IMG/VR virus record: IMGVR_UViG_3300049740_002155
Direction: 5' to 3' (one strand)
DNA length: 64,000 bases
Source of the DNA: a virus
Lineage: Duplodnaviria > Caudoviricetes
This document shows positions 18,313 to 27,842 of this stretch, piece after piece. Each line of letters opens with the position of its first letter. Within the stretch, counting starts at the first letter, position 1. Both the position numbers and the translations under genes were made by a program. Under the pieces are notes generated by a model. The model worked only from the letters and a program-made list of their open reading frames with translations. It did not search any database and had not been told where the DNA came from.

Positions 18313-18341
18313 TTGACTTTTTATAATAATTTTGGTAGGTT
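18313..18341 (+). promoter_or_regulatory. sigma70-type promoter of repeated cassette family
   Basis: TTGACT-17-(TGG)TAGGTT; ATG 6 nt downstream. Confidence 0.75.
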
Positions 18342-18347
18342 ATTACC

Positions 18348-18656
18348 ATGATGATGATTAAAAGTAAATTCGCAATTACATTAACGATGTTGCTCGGATC
18401 AATTTTTGCTGAAGCAAGTTCCATTATGGATAGATTCAACTCAGGTGAAGGTAGACCCAAGTTGAGACAGATGAAACGGACTAGTGTAGTAGAAATTTAC
18501 ACAGGTAGTCATCATGCAAGGGCATTGGAAGCACAAAAACGTGCGTATCGTAACTCTGCCCGTGAAAATGAACGAGTGTTTGGAAGAGGTACAACTACGA
18601 GTAGGAGAAGGTATTCTCCTTACATCATATATAACAAAACTTTTCCCAATTTGTGA
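18348..18656 (+). CDS. secreted hypothetical protein
   Basis: N-terminal signal-like segment ending AEA. Confidence 0.55.
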   Translation: MMMIKSKFAITLTMLLGSIFAEASSIMDRFNSGEGRPKLRQMKRTSVVEIYTGSHHARALEAQKRAYRNSARENERVFGRGTTTSRRRYSPYIIYNKTFPNL

Positions 18657-18666
18657 TATTTTATTG

Positions 18667-18695
18667 TTGACTTTTTATAATAATTTTGGTAGTTT
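18667..18695 (+). promoter_or_regulatory. sigma70-type promoter of repeated cassette family
   Basis: TTGACT-17-(TGG)TAGTTT. Confidence 0.7.
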
Positions 18696-18891
18696 ATATA
18701 TGTAATGATGATTAAGAGAGAAATTCAAAAAAGGAGTTACCAAGTCTAAGTGGCACGTCCTGATCAAGTCAAGTTCCACATCCTTTGCATATTTCGTCAC
18801 ATCAAATTACATCACTTCAAAAAGATTTCATTCCACTTAAAAGGAATTTACAGAGCAATATTCAACATTAAAAATCAATAATCAAAATAAG

Positions 18892-19155
18892 ATGTATCAT
18901 TCATACGAGCAATATCAGGAACACATGGATCACGAATTTGGAGCACAATACGATGACACCCGTGAAAGGTATTCAGCAGAAATACAAGAAGCACAAAATG
19001 AATATGAACTCCAGCAATGGTACGATGAGTATATGACTAAGGTATATGAAGCAGGATTTGGTGATGATTCAGACGCATACGAAGCATCTTGGAGAAGAAC
19101 CTTTGAGTATGCTAAAAGTGGTGCAATTGATGATTTACTTGAAAATAATGCTTGA
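18892..19155 (+). CDS. acidic hypothetical protein
   Basis: 87-aa ORF. Confidence 0.6.
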   Translation: MYHSYEQYQEHMDHEFGAQYDDTRERYSAEIQEAQNEYELQQWYDEYMTKVYEAGFGDDSDAYEASWRRTFEYAKSGAIDDLLENNA

Positions 19156-19226
19156 CTTTTTATAATACTTGTGGTAAAGTACTTGTATTGAGAGTGAGAA
19201 AAGAGAAAAACAAAAACGAGAGAAAA
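19142..19226 (+). promoter_or_regulatory. sigma70-type promoter plus leader cassette
   Basis: TTGACT 19152-17-(TGG)TAAAGT; near-copy of 1558-1624. Confidence 0.8.
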
Positions 19227-19712
19227 ATGAAATTTACAAAAACAAGAAAATCCGAGTGGTTCACTAATCCTACAATGTGTGGGGAAATTTGGTCGCAAGA
19301 AACAGTTGCTACTGCTGAAGCAATCATCACCAAGTATGCAAAAACAAAACGGACCAAGGCACTTGCTAATTATGTTATTCGTGACATACCCGAGTGGCAT
19401 TATTGGAACAACATTTCCAAAAAGGAATTGAATATGCTTCGTTTCGTGTTGCGTAGATTGGATAAGGCATTTTCAGAAAAGGGTGGTCTTACTCGTTTGC
19501 TCGCAATGTATCAGAACCGTACCGGTTGTCTTAAAGGACATTTGGATTGGGTTCTTGAACATCTTGCTTTTACTTTTGATAAGTCAGCACGTGTAAAAGA
19601 TTACACTCGTAATATGGGATTTTGGGGAATGACCAAAAAAGAAGCAACCAATAGATTGACTGAGTATCATAAAAACTTAATCAATAAACACGAAGTGGAA
19701 AGTGTAGCATAA
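19227..19712 (+). CDS. hypothetical protein
   Basis: ATG after cassette (MKFTKTRK...). Confidence 0.6.
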   Translation: MKFTKTRKSEWFTNPTMCGEIWSQETVATAEAIITKYAKTKRTKALANYVIRDIPEWHYWNNISKKELNMLRFVLRRLDKAFSEKGGLTRLLAMYQNRTGCLKGHLDWVLEHLAFTFDKSARVKDYTRNMGFWGMTKKEATNRLTEYHKNLINKHEVESVA

Positions 19713-19919
19713 ATGAGGGAAACAAGAAAATTTGATATTACTATTGACGATCACCGATTCGTTGGAGAAGAAGAATACGGTGGACACATTTACATCAATC
19801 AAGTATTCATAAACCACAAAGAAATTGGTCTTTGGAATAAACGAATTGGATACGCACTTTCTGCGAAGAGATTAGAAGGTTGGGAAACCCAAGTTCAAAA
19901 CTATTTTAAGAATCATTAA
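19713..19919 (+). CDS. hypothetical protein
   Basis: 68 aa, abuts previous stop. Confidence 0.55.
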   Translation: MRETRKFDITIDDHRFVGEEEYGGHIYINQVFINHKEIGLWNKRIGYALSAKRLEGWETQVQNYFKNH

Positions 19920-19988
19920 GACTATGCAACTATCAACTTATTTATTTCTTGTAACTTATTCAACCATTTTTATTTCACTTGGAACAAT

Positions 19989-20246
19989 TTGTTACATACT
20001 ATCCAACTCGATATAATGGACATCGGAGAAAAAAGTCAAATGTTTGTTGCCTGGCACATGATAAACACATTTGCCGAACTATTCTCAAAACGTGAAACTA
20101 TGATAGGATTATGGCATGAAGTTTCAGGTGAAATTCGTTACGAAGCAATTTTGACTCAAACTCGTAAAGAAAAAAAAAATGAAGAAACACCGATCAGTAT
20201 TCTGTTTCCTCCATTTAATCCAGACGAGGATTATTACCTTGACTAA
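19989..20246 (+). CDS. hypothetical protein
   Basis: 85-aa ORF, start uncertain. Confidence 0.45.
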   Translation: MLHTIQLDIMDIGEKSQMFVAWHMINTFAELFSKRETMIGLWHEVSGEIRYEAILTQTRKEKKNEETPISILFPPFNPDEDYYLD

Positions 20247-20272
20247 TAAGTAGGAAAACATTAATATGTTGC

Positions 20273-21001
20273 ATGATTGTCGTAGACTCACATAAAAACC
20301 ACTCAATCAAAATTGCGAAAAGCATTGCAGAGGAAATTCGTCTTAGACAAAGATTTGATGAAAATATTGTTCTTGGTCTTGCTACTGGGTCAACACCGAT
20401 ATTATTATACAATGAATTGGTTCGTCTTCATATAGAGGAAAATTTATCATTTAAAAATGTTTTAACATTTAACTTGGATGAATATTGTGGATTGTGTACT
20501 GAAGATGATAACTCTTATTATCATTTTATGCAAAAGTATTTATTCAATCATATTGATATTCCAAATGAAAATACTTTTATTCCAAGTGGTCAAGTAGAAC
20601 CATTATTTGAAAGAGATTATTGCGAAGGTTATGAGCAAACTATAAAAGATTTGGGTGGAATAGATATACAAATTTTAGGAATTGGTAGAAGTGGACATAT
20701 TGGATTTAATGAACCAGGAAGTGATGTCAACTCTATCACACGGATGGTAAAGTTGCATGATATTACAAGAAGTGATGCTTCGGAAGATTTTAATGGACTT
20801 GAAAATACTCCAACTCATGCCATTACAATGGGTATGCAAACCATTATGAATGCAAGGAAAATATTCTTTATGGCATTTGGTGAGTCAAAAAAAGAAATTA
20901 CACAAAAAGCATTTATGGGTGAAATCACAAATGATATACCTGCAAGTCATTTACAAAAACATAAACACACAACGATCTGCTTAGATTTTAATATAAGATA
21001 A
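20273..21001 (+). CDS. nagB: glucosamine-6-phosphate deaminase
   Basis: LGLATGSTP, FNLDEY, DIQILGIGRSGHIGFNEPG, HAITMG, PASHLQ.H; promoter TTGACT(20239)-17-TAATAT 5 nt before ATG. Confidence 0.93.
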   Translation: MIVVDSHKNHSIKIAKSIAEEIRLRQRFDENIVLGLATGSTPILLYNELVRLHIEENLSFKNVLTFNLDEYCGLCTEDDNSYYHFMQKYLFNHIDIPNENTFIPSGQVEPLFERDYCEGYEQTIKDLGGIDIQILGIGRSGHIGFNEPGSDVNSITRMVKLHDITRSDASEDFNGLENTPTHAITMGMQTIMNARKIFFMAFGESKKEITQKAFMGEITNDIPASHLQKHKHTTICLDFNIR

Positions 21002-21012
21002 GGAACACAAAA

Positions 21013-21246
21013 ATGAAATTATTCAAAGATAAAAAGAAATATAAACTTGTAACACACGACACATGGGGAAATTACACTGAAAATGTTGAACTCGTTCTCA
21101 AAGGAACAAAACTAGAAATTGAATCTTATGCAGAAAAAAATGGTTTAACATGGGTAAAAGATAAAAATGAACAAAATGGTGGTTTCTATCAAAAATCAAT
21201 TGATGGTTATCGTTCGCAGAAATTCAAAATTATTGAAGTTGTATAA
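21013..21246 (+). CDS. hypothetical protein
   Basis: 77-aa ORF. Confidence 0.55.
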   Translation: MKLFKDKKKYKLVTHDTWGNYTENVELVLKGTKLEIESYAEKNGLTWVKDKNEQNGGFYQKSIDGYRSQKFKIIEVV

Positions 21247-21579
21247 ATGCTAAGTGTTCGCATAGAACGTCATATGACTCCGTTCGGTGACCCGGATGAA
21301 GATTGCAATCATGCAGATTTCTTTTTCAGTGATGGTTATATGGCAACTGCTTATCATAACGAAGAGCATATGATAACCGAATATTACAAATCACCGATTG
21401 ACAAAGAATTATTACAAGAAGGAAAAGAAGAAGAATTGTATGATATGCTAAGTTACACTCCAATGTCAAATAAGGACTGGCCTAACAAGCAAGTAGTTGA
21501 TGAAGAAATAATCACGGACATTCTTGATTATTATGCAGAGGGTGAACTTGTAAAAGTTGAAGAAAATTACTATGAATAA
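21247..21579 (+). CDS. hypothetical protein
   Basis: 110-aa ORF. Confidence 0.55.
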   Translation: MLSVRIERHMTPFGDPDEDCNHADFFFSDGYMATAYHNEEHMITEYYKSPIDKELLQEGKEEELYDMLSYTPMSNKDWPNKQVVDEEIITDILDYYAEGELVKVEENYYE

Positions 21580-21988
21580 AGCAATAGCAATATTATCGTG
21601 TGCGTTACTAATTGGATGTAATAGCACAAAACAACAACGCATTCAAACTACTGAGAGTTTTGATTTAAAACAAATTGGTCAGTTTTATTATCAAGCATAT
21701 GATCACAAATGGAGAACTGATCCAACAATCAACCCTGCGTTTGATACAAAACAAGAAGCATACGAGTATGCGAATATGTTCAACGAAAACAACGCACATT
21801 TGTATATTGTCAGAATGATAAACTATCGTTATGAAATTCGTATCGTGAATCCTAATCAGAACGAGTTGATGTATACAACCAACGATCTTAATGATGCGGT
21901 TGATTATATTGATTCTTATTCACCTGCTCACGATGACTTGGTGCTTTACGATTTAAAGACCGGAGAGTTTTACGAAGGAGATTTGTAA
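21572..21988 (+). CDS. putative lipoprotein
   Basis: MNKAIAILSCALLIGC lipobox-like N-terminus. Confidence 0.6.
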   Translation: MNKAIAILSCALLIGCNSTKQQRIQTTESFDLKQIGQFYYQAYDHKWRTDPTINPAFDTKQEAYEYANMFNENNAHLYIVRMINYRYEIRIVNPNQNELMYTTNDLNDAVDYIDSYSPAHDDLVLYDLKTGEFYEGDL

Positions 21989-22383
21989 TGGGTTGTAAAG
22001 CAGGAATATCCGTTCAGTTTAAAAAAACTGATAAAACTTCTGATTCTTTAGATGTATTGTTGCATAGATTCAAACGATATATTCAAACCAAAAGCAGTGC
22101 AAGACCATACATTGATTGGTATTTAAATTTTGAGTATCACGAACATGGTGATATGATTGAGTATTATTACAAGAATTTTAAACCTGCTGATTGGTTGAAA
22201 GAAAATGAATTTGAATTCAAATTCACCATTTGGGATGACAACGAAGAAACTGCAAAAGAAATTTATGCTGATACTAAATGGTGCTACAAAACCAATTCTG
22301 AGGTAACACACGAAACGAGTGTAATTACTCTTTCCAAGGATTTTGCAAAAAGAAACAATTTGGAATTTTTACACGTTAACTGA
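21988..22383 (+). CDS. hypothetical protein
   Basis: 131 aa, TAATG coupling. Confidence 0.55.
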   Translation: MGCKAGISVQFKKTDKTSDSLDVLLHRFKRYIQTKSSARPYIDWYLNFEYHEHGDMIEYYYKNFKPADWLKENEFEFKFTIWDDNEETAKEIYADTKWCYKTNSEVTHETSVITLSKDFAKRNNLEFLHVN

Positions 22384-22388
22384 CACGT

Positions 22389-23336
22389 TTAATTGGGAAA
22401 AAATTTATTTAGTTGGTTAGTTAGAAACTCTGTATTTGCAGTTCTTTGATCGTCAGAAATAATCTTGTCAGTAAATGGCAATTTTAATTTATTTACATTG
22501 TTTCTGATACAACAATCACGATATCTAAAGTGATCAAGGTAGAAATTTTCTTTTAATCGTTTTCCATTGGAATGCTTGAATTCGTGGATGTAATAATTGG
22601 TGCTAGTTGAAATGTATTTTTTTGCTGATAAATAAGGTTGTAGAACAACAAATCTTTCTTTCATATTATACAAATTATTTACACGAAATGAAATCTGAGT
22701 TTCAGCATGAGTTGCTATCACTCCGGCTACTTGATTATATGATCCATATAAAATACTAGCAAATCCATTCATATTGTCACCCACAAAAACTACTCTGGTA
22801 TAAGGTTCAATCATTTTTTTGATGTATCTTGATGTTTCAAGAAATGTATCACCAATTTGGTTTATCTTGTTTAAAAACCAACCATTATTGGGGTCTCTTA
22901 TTGTAATGATATCTGCATTTGGAAATTTTGATTTTGTGGGAATTCTTGAATCAAATACATTAGGTTCTCTATCAAGAAGTCTTTCAATTTCAGATACATT
23001 TATATAAACAGAATACTCGTTTAGTGTATGATCGTAATTAGCAAGATAATCAAGTAAACTTTGATTGAATTCATCATAAGACTGATGATAATATTTTGAG
23101 TATGACTCTGAATACCAATTATTTTCAACTGCAACATCGTAATTTTCTTTGTTCTTGGGAGCATAATCCTCTTTTAACTTAGAAATTCCATTATCAAGAA
23201 TTGTTTTTTCATCCTGAGTATACAACAACTCAATTTCATTAAACGTAGTGTTCGGAATGTTGTTTTTAAATAACACTATCAAATTTTTAGGAGTTCTATT
23301 TTTACACAATTTGACTACATTTATATGCTCTTCCAT
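22389..23336 (-). CDS. alpha/beta-hydrolase-like protein with degenerate nucleophile motif
   Basis: VVFVGDNMNGFASILYG aligns by eye with VCCVGNSAGGFASLLFG of 29572; ATATTTAT-N4-ATG start. Confidence 0.5.
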   Translation of the reverse strand: MEEHINVVKLCKNRTPKNLIVLFKNNIPNTTFNEIELLYTQDEKTILDNGISKLKEDYAPKNKENYDVAVENNWYSESYSKYYHQSYDEFNQSLLDYLANYDHTLNEYSVYINVSEIERLLDREPNVFDSRIPTKSKFPNADIITIRDPNNGWFLNKINQIGDTFLETSRYIKKMIEPYTRVVFVGDNMNGFASILYGSYNQVAGVIATHAETQISFRVNNLYNMKERFVVLQPYLSAKKYISTSTNYYIHEFKHSNGKRLKENFYLDHFRYRDCCIRNNVNKLKLPFTDKIISDDQRTANTEFLTNQLNKFFPN

Positions 23337-23419
23337 TTATATAAATATCATTTTTGTTGCAAATCATATAAAAACAAATTAATATAATATTATAAAATAA
23401 ATTTAACAAAGGAAAAAAC

Positions 23420-23878
23420 ATGGGATTAGATCAATGGGCATATTGCAGACCTCCAAGAAAACGAAACGCAGATGATGATGAGCATTTAGAAGAATGGAGA
23501 AAACACAATAGACTTCAAGGCTGGATGGAGCAACTATGGGAAGAAAAAGGTTGTCCTGTTGCTGAAACATCCTACGAAGAAGATGATGAGGAAGATGAAG
23601 ATGATTACGATGATTATGGTAGTGGATTCAACGGAATTGAACTACAACTAGATTCATCGGATATCGAGTATCTTGAGGAAGCAATTAAGAACCAAGAGTT
23701 ACCTGAGGCATCAGGATTCTTCTTCGGAAGTGATTCGTACACTTGGAATCAAGAAGGATACGCAGAGGACGATATCCAAGAAAACTATTTCTATAAAGAA
23801 AACGATCTTCAGTTTATAGAAAGTGCGAAAGAAGCATTAAAGAAAAAGTATAGGGTTTACTATAATTGCAGTTGGTGA
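23420..23878 (+). CDS. conserved phage protein (MGLD..WRKHN type)
   Basis: MGLDQWAY, WRKHNRLQGWM, GFFFG, VYYNCSW; SD AAGGA. Confidence 0.7.
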   Translation: MGLDQWAYCRPPRKRNADDDEHLEEWRKHNRLQGWMEQLWEEKGCPVAETSYEEDDEEDEDDYDDYGSGFNGIELQLDSSDIEYLEEAIKNQELPEASGFFFGSDSYTWNQEGYAEDDIQENYFYKENDLQFIESAKEALKKKYRVYYNCSW

Positions 23879-24547
23879 TTAAAGAATCATATATTGAACA
23901 TACTCTTGATTAGGATAATTTTCAAGTTCAATATATTTCCCTGTTTGTGGTTCAAATATTAACCACTTACCGGGTGTAAACACAAGATTAACCATGTGAA
24001 GTCCACCGGTGCCTGGTATTCCACCAAATTCATTAACTTGACGAACAACAACAACTGCTACTCCCATTTCAAGTTTATCACCACTTTTATATGCACTTAC
24101 ACCCATAAGTGATTTGTATAGCATTGCGAAGTTATCACAATCTAATGCTTGGTGATTACTTACTATGCCTGGTTGAATTCCTGCTTCAAACATAAGTTTT
24201 TTAAACCAATTGTTAAATTTGCGAAAATGAAAATAATCAACTTGACGATAACGAGTATCAAGCATCACAACTTTAAAGTCAGTAGGAACTTTAGTTGGAA
24301 CCCAGTTTGCTGATTTTTGCATTGAAAAGTGCTGACCAATAGTATGACGATCAATATAATTTTTAGGTTTAAACGAATTTTCAATTTTTTCACCTTGCAT
24401 AACTGGTATGTCAATTAACTCACGCATATCAGTTTTTGTTTTACAACTCGAACCTGCCATAAAAACAATCGTTACCCCTATCACTACAAATGCTAAACAA
24501 CTCCAACAAATACTTTTTAATTTATTAGTAATATTATATTTCATCAT
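23879..24547 (-). CDS. membrane/lipoprotein cysteine hydrolase, paralog of 17059
   Basis: LDCDNFA, HMVNLVF, FEPQT; hydrophobic N-terminus; SD AGAGGAG. Confidence 0.6.
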   Translation of the reverse strand: MMKYNITNKLKSICWSCLAFVVIGVTIVFMAGSSCKTKTDMRELIDIPVMQGEKIENSFKPKNYIDRHTIGQHFSMQKSANWVPTKVPTDFKVVMLDTRYRQVDYFHFRKFNNWFKKLMFEAGIQPGIVSNHQALDCDNFAMLYKSLMGVSAYKSGDKLEMGVAVVVVRQVNEFGGIPGTGGLHMVNLVFTPGKWLIFEPQTGKYIELENYPNQEYVQYMIL

Positions 24548-24627
24548 CAAATCTCCTCTTATATAAATATGAGTTTTTATAATATTTTATAGTTGCGGTA
24601 TCAGTTTACTTACTTTAGTATAAGAAA

Positions 24628-25071
24628 ATGTACGATGATATTGTAATATGTGAGATTTTACACGAAGACCCTGATGAAGAGGAGGGTTGCAATCCACATC
24701 AAATCATAGTTGGAAACTCAAGCACCGAAGGTATACTTGTTACAATGTTATTCAAGGAGGACGATAGAAAGTCTGCGATTTCACCAAGATTTCGTGATCT
24801 TGGCATTGATATTTTTGCGGAAGTAATAGATAGTGATAAAACAGAGTATCAAGATAAATATGACATACAAACAGGAGTTGAATTTACAATTACAAATAAA
24901 AATGAAAAGTACAAGATGCTAATTGGAAGCAACGGAGAGCATTTTCACTATTTTACAAATATTCCTGCGATTAACAATACAACTGATTTTGGTAATACTA
25001 TATTTTTAAGTTTTCCACATACAGTTGAGGGATTTACCTATAAAGATTCAAACTACAAAACTTTTCAATGA
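24628..25071 (+). CDS. hypothetical protein
   Basis: 147 aa; TTGCGG-17-TAGTAT 6 nt before ATG. Confidence 0.55.
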   Translation: MYDDIVICEILHEDPDEEEGCNPHQIIVGNSSTEGILVTMLFKEDDRKSAISPRFRDLGIDIFAEVIDSDKTEYQDKYDIQTGVEFTITNKNEKYKMLIGSNGEHFHYFTNIPAINNTTDFGNTIFLSFPHTVEGFTYKDSNYKTFQ

Positions 25072-25562
25072 ACTTACCAAAATATTCACTAATAGCTGCT
25101 ATGGACAATAATCGTATTATTGGACATAAGAACAAAATACCTTGGAAAGCAAAAGGAGAACAAGCATTATTTAAACGCATTACATTAAACTCGGTTGTGA
25201 TAATGGGACGAAATACTTTTGAGTCGTTACCAAATGGAGCATTATCAGAACGATACAATGCGGTTTTAAGTAGAGATCCATATTTTGAAGCACTTGGATG
25301 TTTTAAATTTTCAAGTTTTGAAAAAGCACTTGTGAGTATGCACGAAGAATTTCCTACTTGCGAAATATTTGTTATTGGAGGTGCTTCATTATATGAACAA
25401 ACTATTGAAAATGCTAATGAGTTGCATATTACTCGCATTGAAAGAAGTTATGAGGGTGATGCGTATTTTCCAAAATACGATAACGACAAATTTAATTTAA
25501 AAAATATTGAATGGTTTGATACTAATATGCGTTATATCTATTATCACTATATACGCAAATGA
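25068..25562 (+). CDS. folA: dihydrofolate reductase
   Basis: IAAMDNNRIIG..IPW, VIMGRNTFESL, R.NAVLSR, FVIGGASLY, GDAYFP. Confidence 0.93.
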   Translation: MNLPKYSLIAAMDNNRIIGHKNKIPWKAKGEQALFKRITLNSVVIMGRNTFESLPNGALSERYNAVLSRDPYFEALGCFKFSSFEKALVSMHEEFPTCEIFVIGGASLYEQTIENANELHITRIERSYEGDAYFPKYDNDKFNLKNIEWFDTNMRYIYYHYIRK

Positions 25563-27250
25563 AATACTTACTACTATTATTTATGTCCGCAACATTATTT
25601 GCGGAAGAACCAATTAGAACATTTACGGCTAAAGGTGCAACTATTCAAGCACGTGCAGTTGAGTATAAAGGAAAACTAATTGTATTAGAAAACGCACAAG
25701 GACAAAGATTTCAAGTTACTTATGACATTCTTAGTTCAGCAGATCAAGATTATATGCTAAAAGTTGTTATGGAGAAAAGAATTCCTGAGCAAGGAACACC
25801 GAGTCAAATAAAACCACAACCTAAAGTAGAACAACCGAAAATACAAGAAACCAAGCAACTCGTTTTACAACCAATCAAAAAAGAAACATTTCGTGAAGGA
25901 TCATTTTTTAGTCATCCACCAATTTTATTAGGAGAAGACCCAAAAGTAAAAAAGAATCCGTTGGAAGATTCATTGCCGATAGAAGGAGAGCCCATTGATT
26001 TCAATAAGCATCTGTTACCGATACTAAATGCAAAATGCAATGATTGTCATGCAGCCCCATATATGAAAGGTGATCGTAAGATTGCTCCAAAAGCAGGATT
26101 GCAATTAGATAATTATGAAATGGTAATGAAAGGCAATTTAAACGGAGAAGTCGTTTCGGCCGGAAAACCTGAAGAAAGTTATTTGTATGAAGTAGTAACA
26201 TTACCAACAGACGATGAAATGTTTATGCCACCAAAAGGAACTGCTATGACTCCAACAGAGATTGATATTCTTAAAAGATGGATAGCAGAAGGAGCAAGAA
26301 AAACTGCATCATCAGAAGCATTATCAGAAATGCCAAAAATACCAAATGCTGATCAACCGGTTAGTTATGTTCATCACATTGCTCCAATTTTTGCGGAAAA
26401 CTGTATTGACTGTCATAAAGAACCTTATGTTAAAAATGGAAGAACTATTCGTCCTAAGGCTGCTCTTCAATTAGATACATACGAAATGGTAATGAAAGGA
26501 AATCTTGATGGTACTATAATAGAACCATTCAAACCAGAGGTTAGTAGTTTATATCATGTTGTTACATTACCAGTAGATGATTCTGAGATAATGCCACCAA
26601 AAGGTGATCCACTATCTAAAGAGCAAACTGATACTATCAAACGATGGATACTTGAAGGAGCAGGAAAAGAACCTGCAAAGCAAGTTGCTGATTTAAATGC
26701 TAAACCGGTCATTCAAGAAATTGAAACTCCGATAGTATCCAATGATAATCTCAAGAAAGTAGATATTTTAGGAAAACGACTAAGACCCATTGGAAAAGCA
26801 ATGTTAGAATCAGCAAGTAAAACACGAGCATTAGTAACTCCATTATCAACTCGGCATAGTATGATCCGTGTAGAATTTCCATCAGGACCCAATCTTATAG
26901 AAGATTCTGCGTTATCTGCGTTATCAAGTATCAAGAATAATATATCTCATATCAATTTTACATCCACGAACATAACCGACAAATCAATGTCGTTTGTTGC
27001 AGGAACTCCTAATTTGGTTTATTTAAATTTGCGGAATACAAAAATAACGGATCGTGGAATACAAGCAATAAGCAAATTGGAACATTTGGAATATCTTAAT
27101 ATAGTAGGAACAGAAATAACCGACAAAAGCATAAAGACGATAATGATGCTTCCTAATTTGAAAAGTCTGTATACTTGGAATTCTAAAATAACAGAAGAAG
27201 GAATAAAACTTATTCAATCAAGATTGCCTAATACAAAAATAGTTTATTGA
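25559..27250 (+). CDS. secreted di-heme planctomycete-type cytochrome c with SHD1-like and LRR domains
   Basis: signal peptide; two repeats with CNDCH and CIDCH, each followed by MPPKG and WI.EGA; C-terminal LRRs. Confidence 0.85.
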   Translation: MKYLLLLFMSATLFAEEPIRTFTAKGATIQARAVEYKGKLIVLENAQGQRFQVTYDILSSADQDYMLKVVMEKRIPEQGTPSQIKPQPKVEQPKIQETKQLVLQPIKKETFREGSFFSHPPILLGEDPKVKKNPLEDSLPIEGEPIDFNKHLLPILNAKCNDCHAAPYMKGDRKIAPKAGLQLDNYEMVMKGNLNGEVVSAGKPEESYLYEVVTLPTDDEMFMPPKGTAMTPTEIDILKRWIAEGARKTASSEALSEMPKIPNADQPVSYVHHIAPIFAENCIDCHKEPYVKNGRTIRPKAALQLDTYEMVMKGNLDGTIIEPFKPEVSSLYHVVTLPVDDSEIMPPKGDPLSKEQTDTIKRWILEGAGKEPAKQVADLNAKPVIQEIETPIVSNDNLKKVDILGKRLRPIGKAMLESASKTRALVTPLSTRHSMIRVEFPSGPNLIEDSALSALSSIKNNISHINFTSTNITDKSMSFVAGTPNLVYLNLRNTKITDRGIQAISKLEHLEYLNIVGTEITDKSIKTIMMLPNLKSLYTWNSKITEEGIKLIQSRLPNTKIVY

Positions 27251-27351
27251 TTTTAAAAAGTGCTTGACTTATTATACTTTTAGTATAAGGTTAATTTCAG
27301 TAGACCTCATAAGATGTGTGGTAAACTAAACAAATCTAAATATAAAATAAA

Positions 27352-27678
27352 ATGTATTATAGAATTGAAGATAATGACGGAAATTACCGTTACAATAATA
27401 AATCAGATGAGATTATCAACAATCCGTCTGCAAGTGCAGAGGAAGTTCTTTGTTCAGATGCTTATTGGAACAATCGTGAAGAGATTGCCGATGAAGAGAA
27501 TCGTTTATTAATTGGTTGCGTTTTGGATATGCTTGCAGGAGGTAACGGAGATCCTGCACGGAAAGACTTCCTTTGTGAGTGTCCTGTCCCTTCATCAGAA
27601 GATATGAGTGAACTTCTTGGGAAAATGGAAGAAGCAAGAATGGAGGTTATTGCAGATTGGTTTGAGTCTGTTTCATAG
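27352..27678 (+). CDS. hypothetical protein
   Basis: 108-aa ORF after TTGACT(27264) promoter. Confidence 0.6.
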   Translation: MYYRIEDNDGNYRYNNKSDEIINNPSASAEEVLCSDAYWNNREEIADEENRLLIGCVLDMLAGGNGDPARKDFLCECPVPSSEDMSELLGKMEEARMEVIADWFESVS

Positions 27679-27702
27679 TTGTAATTTATTATTACTCATT
27701 AC

Positions 27703-27734
27703 GAGGGGAGCAGATAATCTGCTCCCCTTTTTTT
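27703..27734 (+). terminator. intrinsic terminator
   Basis: AGGGGAGCAG-ATAAT-CTGCTCCCCT then T run. Confidence 0.85.
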
Positions 27735-27842
27735 ATATTAGATATTTATATTGTATGAATTGCTTTGATGATGCTATTGATTACATTGAATAAAACATTG
27801 AATCTTTGTTGATTCAAATACAAACTTGATATATATTATTAT

